A DNA stretch of 64,000 nt from Octopus bimaculoides. Taxonomy: Eukaryota. Position 1 is the stretch's first letter, and every line of letters begins with the position of its first letter. The stretch covers positions 124,579,418 through 124,643,417 of the forward strand of contig NC_068985.1 of assembly GCF_001194135.2 (NCBI RefSeq), in the 5' to 3' direction. The notes beneath the pieces were generated by a model, which had not been told where the DNA came from, did not search any database, and worked only from the letters and a program-made list of their open reading frames with translations. This document shows positions 13,735 to 26,429 of this stretch, piece after piece. The position numbers were made by a program, and so were the translations under genes.

Positions 13735-13994
13735 TTAAGAATTTAAGGAATGGAGAAAACGCATGTTATAATTGCATACTTTATTCCTACATATGTTTCA
13801 AAGGATTACAACCTGTGTGATCCATAGAGATCTTTGATATTAAAATTGTAACCTTCTCATCAGGGAAAGCATGGGAATCATCTTAAATGTAAGACATTAT
13901 GACCGATTATGTTCTTTGCTACATTGGTTTCTATTAACCCATTTATTCTATCAGAAGAATTTTTATTCATTAAGATAGAAGAAATACACATAAT
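13735..13994 (-). mobile_element. PLE 3' end/pLTR fragment between two (TA)n tracts
   Basis: Carries the hammerhead below, preceded on the minus strand by a short coding-like tail ending ...GHNVLHLR*. (TA)n at ~13713 and ~13995. Confidence 0.55.
13784..13867 (-). ncRNA. Type-I hammerhead ribozyme, second family
   Basis: Minus strand TTCC-CTGATGA-G-AAGG-TTACAA..TTGTAA-T-CCTT-T-GAAAC-ATAT-GTA-GGAA: intact core, long stem II, palindromic stem III (ACATATGT), GUA site, 4-bp stem I. Confidence 0.75.
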
Positions 13995-14989
13995 TATATA
14001 TATATATATATATATTCAATTCCATCATAGGCAAATGGAAACCGGCAACCATGAACCATATAACCCAATACTACTTGGTTAGGGTTAGGGTTCAGTGACT
14101 AAACCAGCCCTCAACTAGTCTTGCCTAGTGAAGAGAATGTGTGGGCATACAACAAAATTTAAAAAGCAAAATCTGCCAAAGGTTGGTGAGCTCCTTGAGA
14201 GCTATTGATACTTATATCCGAGAGAAGAAGTGGATGTCGTCAGGGTTATCAAGCCCAGTGGAACACTTGAATGAGAGTTTGACTCATATTTATTTAATCT
14301 CATACTGGACCATTTGGGACCAAACAATGTATAGAGAAAGTCAAGACTGAGAGGAGTGAAAAATATTGGCAAAAAATTTCATGTACCCCACTGCAATACT
14401 GCTATGGGAATAACTTGATATTCAAATAATTTATCATTATATTATATTACATTAGTTCAGATCCCAATACAGCTCACTTTGCATTTCTCCTGTGAGGATC
14501 AATAAATGAGTTCCAATTAATTAAGGGAATTGATTCAATTAATTATATCTCATCCTTATAATTTATGATCTTTAACCTTCTGCCATGTGAAGATCTATAA
14601 TGTAATCATGTTACATTTATAAATAATTATATACCCATAAAGTTTTGTCATATTTTGCTTCCTTAAATCATATTTGACAGTCTCTTCTCAGTTGAATGTA
14701 TCTGTGTGTGTGTGTGTGTGTGTGTGCACACGTGTTTGTATTGACGTGTTTAGCCCTTGGTCAGTTTTGATTAAACAGACCTATGATCAAAGTGTTCCAA
14801 TCATGACCATTCCATTATATTTCAGACAACATTTCCAGAACTACATTATCCAATTTGTTCTTCCTATTTTAAGATAAGATGTGGTTTAAGGAGAATTTTG
14901 CTACTATTTCTATCTTCTCAAGCTACCATGTACAGGCTCCCACTGTTGATTCGGTATGTGTACAGTGTCTGTTTCTACAAGCCAAATAG

Positions 14990-15108
14990 CAAATGGATCC
15001 TTTGTCAGTTTCAACAATGAGTATTCCAGTTATTCAGTCAAATGAACTGTCTTTACGACCTCCATCCTCACGGCTATATCACTTATACATCTGCATTTGT
15101 ATGCACAG
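14990..15108 (+). CDS. Candidate first coding exon of FAM149 (boundaries uncertain)
   Basis: Frame QMDPLSVSTMSIPVIQSNELSLRPPSSR weakly resembles the FAM149 N-terminus. Several possible donors (14953, 15098, 15108, 15136); none can be chosen from sequence alone. Confidence 0.3.
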
Positions 15109-16256
15109 GTCTTAAGCATACTTTTACAGATACAAGGTCAGTCTTTTCTTTGGGAAACTGGTGGTTGCTTATGCATGAATGTCTCCTTTCTCCTTGCTAT
15201 GAATGTTTACTTAAAGAAAATGTCATCAACCCATGTTGACACAGCTTAGGATCAGTGTTGTCACTGGCATTGTTGACAGAGTGTAAAGAACCAAAATAAA
15301 CACCACAAAGCATCTTGCCTGAACTGTTTGCAGTTCTACCTATCTGTCACCCTAGATAGGTACATTTTTATCAACCCCAAAAGAATTAAAGACAAAGTTG
15401 ACCTTGGCTTCATTTGAACTCAGAGCCCAGAGCGATAGAAGAAATACTATGACACATTCTATCCAACACTTAGCCAATTCTACCATTTCCCCACCTATTT
15501 GTTCTAATTATATTGAAGTGAAAGTGGCTCGTTATCCCACAGACATTTGCATTCTTAACATAGTCAAATCTTCATGTAGAATCACTGTAAGACAGAGTGT
15601 CCCAGAGGTAACCTTTTGCCATCTAGCCAATAGACTTCCATGTAGAGAAATAGTAACCAAATCTCCCTTAAATCACATCTTAAAATAAAAAAAGGTATAC
15701 ATCAGGTGATGAAGACTTTGAAACTATGTCTGAAGAAAGGACAGGATTATGTCAGTTGCAATACCTTTGATTATTGGTATAGTCATGTGTGAAGGGGCAC
15801 AGAACCTAGTGGTCAGGGTGCTCACCTCACAACCATGGAGACCTGGACCAGGCAACATATTGTATCTATGAGCAAGGCACGCATTTTTCCTGTCTGTTTG
15901 GCTTTACATGAGTACCAGCCAGGTACTGGTGCCACTCTCTTTTCCTCCAACTGTCACATCATGGATGTTGCTAAGGTAAAGGTGATGGAGACAAGAATGT
16001 GAGGGTGTCATCTGATCGTGACAGCTTAGTTATCTAAAAAAAAACACCTAACAAAAAACACAATACATGTCACCAGACCATATTATTGGCACTGTACAGC
16101 CAGCATATAATGTAACAATAGTATATGCTAGTTGTACTTGTACTACTGATCTTCTCAGTCAGAGTGGACCTGGGGCTAGACAACAACACACACACTCTCT
16201 CTCTCTCATTACAACTCTATTGACCTTTATTTATTTGTGTTCTATTTTTCTTCAAG

Positions 16257-16349
16257 ACAAGGTTTATCTAGGTCACTGCTAGAAAAACATCCACCACCAG
16301 ACCAGCAGGAAGACCAAGAGCTGACTCCAGATTTTGAAGAAGGGTCCAG
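16257..16349 (+). CDS. FAM149B1: FAM149-like exon (QGLSRSLLEKHPPPDQQEDQELTPDFEEGS)
   Basis: ttttcttcaag acceptor, CAG|gtagtg donor. Resembles human KGITKHALNHHPPPE. Alternative acceptor at 16262. Confidence 0.75.
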
Positions 16350-16429
16350 GTAGTGTACCTCCTCCTCTATCTCCTACTTTATTTTTCTTCTTGCTACTGA
16401 CTTATCACCTGTTCTTGTCTAGTTGGATT

Positions 16430-17580
16430 TTACCTTTCATCTTTTCAGGGTCAATAAAATAAGTACCAGTTAAATACTGAGATTGATGTAATCAACTAGC
16501 TCCTTCCTCAGAACATTCCGGCCTTGTGCCTAGAGTAGAAAGGACTATTATTATTACTATCGCGACTATTATTTTTATTTTCATTATTAAGGCAGCAAGC
16601 TGGAAGAACCATTGGAGCATTAGACAAGATGTTTAGCAGCATTTCTTCTGGCTCTTTCAGGTTGATAAAATAAGCTAGCCTTGTATCAAAATTATAAAGA
16701 AACGATTCTTATTATTATCATCATTATTATGAGAACAGTGTTATGACAGAATTGGTTGGCTGACAGGCAGTATTTAGCAACATTGCTTTGCATTGCTTTA
16801 CATTCTGAGTTCATATACCCTCATAGTGAAGTGTTTAGGGCAGTATATAATGATCCATTTCCTCCTCCAAAAATTATACTGCTGCATTTATGAGGGAAAG
16901 TTTTCTTTAGAAATAACTGCTTTGCTGTCTTTCTTTCATGTCTGTGCTTTAGTTTCACTAATACCAGGCAACAAATTCTGTAGAAAGAATCAGTTAATTA
17001 AATTGATCCCAGGGTATTAAGGGGATCGGTATATAATTTCATTAACATCCAAAGGCATAAAAAGCAGAGTCGACTTTGATGAAATTTGAACTTAGAACGG
17101 AAAGCAATGACATGAAATACTATTGGGCCTTTAGTGCAATGCTCTCTTATATCTAACACTTGTCTACCTTATTAATAATGATTTCTAACATAAATAAAGA
17201 CTACACACTTGGAGGAAGCAAACAATGAATTATTTCAGCCTCAGCAATTCACTGGTATTTATTTCAGAAAGGTGAAAGGCTAAGTTGACCTTGGTAAGGT
17301 TTGGACTCAGGAAATAATGTATTGCACCATTACACTATTGATAATTGCTTCGAATTTAGACACGATGTCAGTAATTCCAGGAGGAGATTGGGTTCGAGTG
17401 GGGTAGGTGATTACATTTGCTGTAGTACTTGATTGGTACTTTATTATTCCTGAAACGATGGAAAGCAAAGTTGATTTCAGGGGGAGTTGTACTCAAAACA
17501 TAGCTGGAAGAAATGCTGCTAAGCATTTTGTTTGATATGCTAATGATTCTGCCAGCTCACTATCTTTCCATAATCAATAA
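16430..17580. mobile_element. Cluster of AT-rich SINE copies in both orientations
   Basis: Repeated GAGTTCA(A/T)AT...AAGTACCAG motif with (ATT)n linkers. Confidence 0.65.
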
Positions 17581-18277
17581 TAACGATAAGATGATAAAAC
17601 CTCTTAACATGTCTAACAGAAAATTTTTCAAATTTCTAGATATTTCATGTCGCACTAAAGTAAAATGAAATAAAATAGCAATTATAATAAAACCAACATT
17701 AATTATTACTTGAGAACAACTGAGTGGTACTATGTAGAAGATGTTGAGGATAGTTCTTATATTGGGAGAATGGCTTTATAAGAACTGGCTGTGAAATAAG
17801 ATAATTTAGTGCTTACAAACCAAAGACAACAATCAACAATGTCTGTGTTTTATAAATGCCGATTTTCTCTACCAATATACATTTTTGAAATGTGTTTTTG
17901 TATAGATAATACAAAAGAGTTACAGCTATATTATAAGACAAACTGAAGACAGATAAATGTCATAATACCTAGTGCATATATTCTCCTTCTTTCTCTCAGA
18001 TACTCTTTCTCCCCACACACACACACACACACACTCAATGTAACATCTGCACTATAGAGTGGTACATATCTGCTTAACAGTCAGGTTTGTAATATAGTTT
18101 TGACACCCAGTCAAGGTATCTAACTTAACTCACAGCTATTATCTTTCTCTCAGATTAAAAGGGCTTAACACCTTTCACAACAGACCTTCTTCACATCACA
18201 GTTCTATATTTAAGAGATGAGGAATTATTTACATTATTTACATTTGACAGATATTTGTCCTCATCTTGTTTGTTGTT

Positions 18278-18323
18278 AACACAACGTTTCGGCTGATATA
18301 CCCTCCAGCCTTCATCAGGTGTC
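18278..18323 (-). ncRNA. Intact minimal type-I hammerhead ribozyme (element B left arm)
   Basis: GACAC-CTGATGA-A-GGCTG-GAGGGTATAT-CAGCC-GAAAC-GTT-GTGTT: stem I GACAC/GTGTT, 5-bp stem II, palindromic AACGTT stem III, GUU site. Confidence 0.8.
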
Positions 18324-18613
18324 TTGGGGAAATTTTGAACCTGGGTTCTCATTCCTAAGGTATTTTTTGATGTTATTATTGTTATTATTATTATTATTCA
18401 GGTCACTGCCTGGAATCGAACTCGGAATCTTAGGGTTAGTAGCCCGCACTCTTAACCACTAGGCCATATGCCCATGGGCATATGGCGTAGTGGTTAAGAG
18501 CATGGGCTACTAACCCCAAGATTCCGAGTTCGATTCCAGGCAGTGATCTGAATAATAATAATAACATCGAAAAATACCTTAGGAATGAGAACCCAGGTTC
18601 GAAATTTCCCCAA

Positions 18614-18659
18614 GACACCTGATGAAGGCTGGAGGGTATATCAGTCGAAACATTGTGTT
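18614..18659 (+). ncRNA. Hammerhead ribozyme, CpG-decayed (element B right arm)
   Basis: Same fold with CAGTC (G-U wobble) and GAAACATT (stem III mismatch). Confidence 0.6.
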
Positions 18660-19017
18660 AACAACAAACAAGATGAGGACAAATATCTGTCAAATGTAAA
18701 TAATGTAAATAATGTACTTCTTCACATTCCTTAGAATGTGACTCAAGTAAAAACCAAAGACCCAATCTTCCGGAATGCTATACTTTCACTTTTTAAAATT
18801 ATTTTTGTTTTATTTAATTATTTAAATGCTAATTAACAACATAAAGTAGTAGTACAAAGTCACAGTTTCCACCAACTCAGTATCATTTCAGTTTTTGTTT
18901 CATTTTTTTTTTTTTTACAGCAGTAAATAACTTAACGAAAAAAATGGGAGATTTTATTTCCACATTTAGTGATAAGTAAAATTAATGTAATTCATTTGTT
19001 TTACCATCACCTAACAG

Positions 19018-19150
19018 GTATCAGTCGGTGAAATCCAGCCCTAGCCTGAGTAATGTATCACTGAAAGAAGGCTCTCACAATTTTACACGCACCTTAACTG
19101 GTAACACAACAGACAGAAGCAGTGTTGATGATCCTTTCTGGGGCAATGAT
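19018..19150 (+). CDS. FAM149B1: FAM149-like exon (YQSVKSSPSL...TGNTTDRSSVDDPFWGND)
   Basis: ctaacag acceptor, GAT|gtaatt donor, phase 2 to 0. End aligns with human SSDFSWGYG. Confidence 0.85.
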
Positions 19151-19323
19151 GTAATTTTACTTTTATATTTCATGTGTGCTTGCATATTACTTTGTGTGGA
19201 GAATTAGCGATATTAATTAATCATATTTGCTATTGCCAGTTCTTCACTGAAGATAAATATAACTTGATAGAAAACTTGTTGTGTAGCTTGATAGAAAATT
19301 TGTTGAGACATCTGTAGCACACT

Positions 19324-19358
<35 letters not shown>

Positions 19359-19744
19359 TCATCATTATCATCCTTTTATATCAGCTTTCCATGCTGGCAT
19401 GGGTCAGCTGAGATATCACAGTCCAAGTCAGTTTTTATTCAAAGTTACTATCATCCGCAATGATTCAGAAGAGCATGCCTCACCCATGTGTTCCAATTTA
19501 GTGGAAGAAAGGGCATTCAGTTGTAGAAACAATGCCAATAATAGAATATATACTCTGCAATTCACTTTGCAGATTACTTCTTTCAGAAAGACCAAAGAAA
19601 AACAAAAAAACTGACACGAAGCAGAAGGAATCCTTTAGCCCTCTTTGCACAGGACAACTTCTTTAGTGCTGATGGCACTATAAAATGTGCACTCCAGTAC
19701 GCTCTGTAGGTGCTTTGTGATAGGAAGAGCATCTTGTCATAGAA

Positions 19745-20340
19745 AACATAGTAAACATACTTTCTGTACAATCACTACAATATCAAATATGAACATTGTC
19801 ACTGTAACATCATAGACAACAATTTTCTGTATAGTCACCACAGTATCAAGCAGAGTGAACACATTTTCTGTAAATTCATCACAGTATCAAAAGTAGTGAA
19901 CATACTTTCTGTATAGTCACTATAATATCAAACGTAATGAAGATTTTCTTGTATAGCTATCATTGCATCAATCACAGTAGCGAAAATACGTTCTTGTATA
20001 GTCACCACACTATCAAACATATTGAACACATTTTCTGTACAGCCACCACATAATCAAGGATAATAAACATACATTTTATATTCTCATCCTGCCAGCAAAC
20101 ATAATGAATATACTTTCTGTATAGACACCACAGCATTAAGCATTGTGAACATACTTTCAATATAGTCATGACACCATCAAATATAAGAAACATACTTTCT
20201 GTATAGTCACAGCAGTATCAAACACAACAGTGAGCATGTGTGATGTCACTGCAGCATTGATCATATTTTCTGTAAAGTCACAACACCAAATATAGGGAAG
20301 ATATTTTCTCTATAGTCATTGCTACATCAGATATAGTGAA
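19745..20340. repeat. Degenerate ~41-bp tandem minisatellite
   Basis: Roughly 14 diverged units of AACATACTTTCTGTATAGTCACCACAGTATCAAACATAGTG. Confidence 0.8.
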
Positions 20341-20344
20341 TGTA

Positions 20345-21561
20345 TTGGATTAGAACAAAAGTTCATACCTTTTTTCAGTTGGTGGCATTTAAACACATGG
20401 TTTCATTTCCTATATGACATAAGCATAGACATAAATATTTTTTGAACAGTGGTATTTTAACATGTCTTTCTATGCAATTACTGTGTATGTAGTTTATTTC
20501 TATTGTTTTTGCATTACTACTTAAAATGGAGGAAAATGGAATACATTTTCATCATTTGATGCTCTTTATCTTAGGAAAGAAAAAAACACTGTCCAGACAA
20601 AAAAAAAAATAAGTGAAGTTTATGGAGATTGTGCCATATCTAAGAGGATTATTTGTAAGTGGTTCATTAGATATAGGAGTGAAAATTTTGACCTGGAAGA
20701 CCAGGAGAATTCTGGTAGGCCTATAGATGTTGATAATGACCAAATCAAAAATGCTAATCAAAAGTAATCCTGGTCACACAACACAAGACATTGCAGAAAT
20801 ACTCTACATATCTAAGGTGATGTTTGGGTGCCTCATAATTTAATGAAAATCATTTAAAGGGCCACATTCTCTGTTCAAATGTTACAAAAACTACACATTT
20901 TTGAAAAAAACAATCATAGGTAAAGAAAGATGGATTGTTTACAACAAAATGGAGTGAAAATGGTCCTGGAGAAAACAAAATTAACCACCTTTAATTTCTC
21001 CAGAAGCCAGTCTGTATCCAAAGATGACACTCTGTATCTGGTGGGATTGAAAGGCTATTGTGTATTTCAAGCTCCTTCCATAAAATCAGACATTAAATTT
21101 GAATAATTAATGTTCCCAGTTTGATCTATTAAAAGAGGTACAACGTCAAGAATTAATCAATCAGATGGTGTCGTCTTCCTTCAGGACAATGCTAGACCTC
21201 ATGTTTCCTTGCAGAATCATCAGAAATTGGTACAGCTTGGCTTAGATCTCTTACCACACCACACCCACCATACTCACCTAACCTTATGCCTTTGGATTAT
21301 CATATATTTCAACCTCTACAAAATTTTCTTAATGTGAAAAACTTCAATTCTTTGGAAGACTGTAAAAACCATTTACAACAGTTCATCATCCAAAAGGATG
21401 CTAAGTTCTGAGAGGATGAGATCATGAAGCTGCTTCAAAGATGATGAAAGATAGTGAAACAAAATGGGACATATATGGTTGAATAAAGATATGTACAATT
21501 ATCTAAATATTGTTTTTGAATTTTAGTCTAAAAAATTGGTATGAACTTTTGTTCCACCCAA
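20345..21561 (+). mobile_element. Decayed mariner DNA transposon
   Basis: TIRs TTGG(A)TTAGAACAAAAGTTCATACC and GGTATGAACTTTTGTTCCACCCAA. Broken transposase from ATG 20526 to TAA 21486 with WVPHN, QDNARPH and HPPYSPN motifs. Confidence 0.9.
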
Positions 21562-22833
21562 ATGTTTTTGCACTGTGATCATAGCAGCTGGTATTTATTG
21601 TGATCTCATTTTATTTATCATGAGTTCTGTATCATTCTCTCTTTTAACAAGAACATTTGATAAAGCAGAGAACAATTTTTCTGTATTTAGCCTACAGTAT
21701 CTGAAATGGCAGTAAATATTATTACTTTATTATTAGGTAACCATTTTCTTTATTTTTATTTATTATTAGATAAAGATAACCATGCACATACCTCCACTAC
21801 ATAACTAAAATTCCCATTTGAATGAGGTTCAAACTTTACAGCAATGAATGTATTCACAAACTCTCTCTCTCTCTCTCTTATTCAAATTCCAACATATTCA
21901 TTTTCACTGGTCTCTAGCTAGTAAATTTACATAGTCTTTATATGGTATCCAGTGTTGCCATGTAAACATAAGTTTTACTTAAAAGGAAAGTATAACAACC
22001 CAGTTGAAAATCTATTTGATTGTTGTCTGAAGAATTGAGAGCATATATTCCATCAACCAATCTTGTCTATAACCAAGACATTTAATACTCAAAAGTTCCA
22101 CATTACCTATAAGCAGGTGAGGTTTATTACTGCAAGGAGCAGGAATATTGTATAATTGAGAAGTGTTTCCTAGACTTGCAATGTTGCATTCAAATCCTGT
22201 CACAAATGTAACTCACAGAAATGTAAGTTCTTCCTAGCAGACACTCTATGAAGAGGAAGTCTTCAGTGGTGCTCCAGCAACTCAGTGCCTTATGGAACTT
22301 ACCAGTCACTGCCAAATTATTTGAAAAGAAAAGTAATTATGAAATAATTGTTCATGTCTTACATAGGTAAAAGGCTACATATTTAGCAAGTGGGTATAGA
22401 TTATTATATTAACACTGATGCTTGATTTCTGTATTATTTTATTGAACCTAAAAGAATTTGAAGTCAAACAGTAAAAGTTCTAAACTAAATATGGCAAGAT
22501 ATTCTGTCTATGATTCTACTAATTTCTGATAGTAAATTATAATTTGATTTCCTTCAATCAACCCGATATATGACTGGTTCCTCTTTATTTTATTGTCCTC
22601 AGAGTGCTGTAGAAGACAAAATAAACCATGCAGTATTTAAGACAACTATAACACATGTTTTAGTTTGACACCCTACCGTTTCTGTCCATGAAAATTATTA
22701 TAATGATAGATTAGATTTTATTTAAATTGACTTTTGTTTGTTTTATGTTTGTTCATTGGTTTTTCTTTTGTTGTTTTTATTGTATTTCTATTTTTCTATC
22801 ATCTTTTTATTCATTTGCCTCTTCTCCACAAAG

Positions 22834-22976
22834 GAATCGGAAAAAAAAGCTGCTGGTAAAATTCAAGTTTTGTTCAATGAAATCAATGAAATACTCTATG
22901 AACAACAGAGACCCATTGGTTCATCTGACATGTACCATGAGTGTGAAGAATGGAGCTTACAATTCCCACATCTCAG
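22834..22976 (+). CDS. FAM149B1: FAM149-like exon, DUF3719 core (ESEKKAAGKIQVLFNEINEILYEQ...ECEEWSLQFPHLR)
   Basis: Strong resemblance to human [24 protein letters not shown]...ECQQWTASFPHLR (recalled). AG acceptor and GT donor. Confidence 0.93.
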
Positions 22977-23870
22977 GTTTTCATTAACATTTTTTATAAT
23001 CATTTATTAATTCAATACCATTGTCATCTTTTTTACTCAATCAATTAATTGATGTGATATAATTGGTTGTTTTGAGCACCATCATTTGAAAATTTGTCTT
23101 TCATTTATTAAATAGCTTAGAATATATTCCCATAGCCCAAAAAAGAATTTGGCAGCAGATGGGTGGAATTGTTAGTCAAATACTGTTCATTTGTTTAGAA
23201 CTCTTGCTGATTACATAAGGAAACTGTACCTCACTGTTTGGTATTTATTTCAGTGAGAGAGACTTTGAAATGTCTGTACAATTTCTGTTTTTAATATAAC
23301 AGCAACAACAAACAAACGCTATTGATGTAGTATATAAACACAATTCTACACCCATCAAAAAATAATGCTGTACACATGTCAGGACCATGGAAGTGCACCT
23401 GGTATGACAGTAGAAACTTTCATAAAACTTTTATTGGCTTCAAAGGCTCAGTACATTAAGGGCAGCAAAAAAAAAATACAAAAAGATGAAAAAGAACCAA
23501 AAATAAAAGATTTCCTCTGAGTAAAAAGATGAAATCAACAATAACAACAAAAACACATAAACAAATAACAATAAATACCAATGGTAATAGACAATAACAA
23601 AACTACAAGAAAGGTTTTCATTTCTTCAATTTTACGTCTGTTTTACTGTGTTTGACTAGTATATTTTAGAATTATTGTTTCATGGTTGGATGCCTTTCTT
23701 TCCTTAACCCTGACCTGTTTTTCAAGTCAGAGATTTTTTTATTCTCCATCTTTTCAATGATGCAAAGTCAATACATGATTTGTTGACAAAAGAAATAACA
23801 ACAAAGTCACAGCTTGTGGTTCAGCAATGTTTGGAAATGTATAAATATAAACAGGCACTCACATGCTCAT

Positions 23871-23929
<59 letters not shown>

Positions 23930-25099
23930 TACATACATCCATGCATGCATTTGATAGGTTTCTTCAGTTTCCTTCTATCAAATCCACATACAAAGAGCAA
24001 TTACATAATGTGATTCAAGGCAACCCAAGACCTTGTCATGAAAAATAGAAATTCCTTCCTTCCTGTTCTTTCTGCAAATCTACAACTGCATGATTAGAAT
24101 AAACCTATTTAACCATGCCAATTTCACTGCTTTCTCCCTTCTTTCATAAAATTTACTGGAGGACAGCATCTCTTTCTTTCTCCTCCTAAGGCCTTCCTCT
24201 TCGAGTGGTACTTGATGAAGTTGAAGATTTGTCATTAGAGTCAAAGTTCTATCCACAAAGCTTCAACAGCAACCACCATACAGTAGCTAAAAGACAGAGG
24301 AAAACTAACCCCCTCTTCTTTGCCAAATGGTTTGTGAAGACTAGAAAGAAATGAAGCAAGCATGCTCTGCAGAATGTGTAATGTTAGTGCACATGAACTA
24401 CATGGCACAGTTGAGCTGAGAGTAAATCCAGACATAAGAAAAATCAGATGTTGTGTACAAGAGAGAGGACTGCAGTGATATGAGCATATGATGTGTAATA
24501 TCGCCATTTCTATATTAGATGGAGGATTAATATCCATAGGAAGCCTCCATCTCCTTCCTTCCTTTCTCTTTGATGCCCTTTCATCTCTCCATCACTAATC
24601 TATCACTCACCCTTTCCTTACTCACCTTCATCCTACTCACTACCTTTCCTATCCATTGTACCTCACTCTGTACATCTCACCATATCAGTATCTCTACTAT
24701 TACTCCTTACTACCTGCTCACCCTAACCTTTTCCCCTATCATGTTCTTACTCCCTTCATACACTCACCCTTCTTATGTCATCCGTCTTCTATTCACTTTC
24801 TTGGTCATGATGCCTCAGATGAATATTGAGACATCATAGAGTAGTGTCTAGTTTGGAGGACTCTTTGGCCTTGCTGGGCACAAGGTAACTTCAGTAACAT
24901 CCATGCCATGATAAACACACCCAATATATTCCTGTAAAGAAGCTGATATCAGGAAGGACATCTAACCATAGAAACCATACCAAAAATGGAACATTTTGAG
25001 GGGTATGTGGTCCTCCAACCTGTTGGTAGAAGGGCAGAATGATGATGATAATTACATTGTTTTACATCATTTTATTCTCTCAGGAATAATACCAATCGT

Positions 25100-26400
25100 G
25101 GAGGATGCTCTGAAAGTATTGTTTCTAGAATAAGAATTGGGTGGAGAAAGTTCAGAGAGCTATTACCTCTGTTGGCAACAAAAGGACTCTCTCAGAGTGA
25201 AAGGTAGACTATATGATGCTTGTGTGCAAATGGCTATACTCCATGGTAGTGAGACATGGGCCCTGAATGCAGACTGGTGAGAAATAAAGGTAATATGCTC
25301 CATTGGATGTGCAACATCAGTGCACATGTATGATAAAGTCCAAATGTATTGAGTGAAAAGTTGGGTATAAGAGAGAAGACTACATTGGTTTGGACATGTG
25401 ATGTGTAGGAATGAAGACAGCTGCATAAAGAAGTGCTGATCACTGAAAGTGGATGGTACCTGCAGAAGAGGGAGACCCAGGAAGGTGTGGGATGAAGTGA
25501 CAAGGACCGGTTTCAGGATGTTGGGCCTCTCAGAGGAAATGACAATGGACTGAGATGTCTGGTAATATGAAGTTCTTGAGAAGACCTGCCCACATCAGTG
25601 AAACTGAGTTCTAGAAGCACTGTGTGTCTCACCCACACTTAACAAGAAAACTTCTCACACACTCTACTACAACAAACCAAACTATGTCTCTACATCACAT
25701 TTCCACATCATGCATTATCCTTACCTCCTACTCCCTAATTCTGTCCTCTTGGCCCTGTGCTACTGTATCATTGCTCTCTGCTAGTCCCTGATTTGTGTGT
25801 TCCACCCACATATAACAAGAAAACTTTTCACACACCCGACCCCAACAAACCAATCTATATCTCTACATCTCTTCTCTTCCTCACATTTCCTCCCTCATAC
25901 ACTATGCCTAGCTCTCACTCCCCAATCCTATCCTCACGGCCCTGTTCCTCTGTGTCATTGCTATCCGGTAGCCCCTCTGACTCTATATATATATACCCAG
26001 GTTTTCGGCACTCACTTCCCCACATCCACTCTCTTTAATCACACTTCCTTCACAATATCTTACTACTTATATTGACATTCAAATCTCAAGTGTATACCCT
26101 GGCACTTGCCACCATCTGTATATCTCTCTTCCTTTACTCAACCATCCCGTTTATATTCTGATCCCCATCCCATGTGAGTATGCTTGGCACTTTGCCACCC
26201 TGCTGTCTCCCACTCCCTCTCTCTCTCCTTCTCCTGCACTTCCCTCAGGTTGGGTAACCATGTATTTCCTGATCTTTCTCTCTCTCCACAGACGGGTAAC
26301 CCTCTACCTCCTCTACAGCAAGACACCTCTTTCTGTCTCACTATAACCTTTCATCATCCACAAGATCACCTCCTCCAATGCCCCCTCCCCTCTCAACAGA
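25100..26400 (+). mobile_element. RTE-clade LINE 3' fragment with long 3' UTR
   Basis: GCSESIVSRIRIGWRKFRELLPLLATKG..RLYDACVQMAILHGSETW, later RGRPRKVW. Frameshifted. Confidence 0.85.
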
Positions 26401-26429
26401 CATTTTTTTTTTGTCTTGCAAGTACTTGA

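Larger units (their letters stand above)
18198..18716. mobile_element. Non-autonomous PLE-derived element B: head-to-head palindrome of two tRNA-head + hammerhead pLTRs
   Basis: Symmetry centre CATATGCCCA|TGGGCATATG at 18474/18475. 11-bp TSD CTTCTTCACAT at 18186-18196 and 18717-18727. Confidence 0.9.

Noticed and set aside
14052-14094. TTAGGG telomere-like repeats
   Set aside because: Only two units in a short imperfect hairpin; not a telomere or a convincing template.
19399-19700. Open frames after the 19018 exon
   Set aside because: Not needed for phase continuity, no FAM149 similarity, and no good donor.
19745-20340. CRISPR-like array
   Set aside because: Contiguous degenerate tandem units with no unique spacers, no cas genes, and an animal context.
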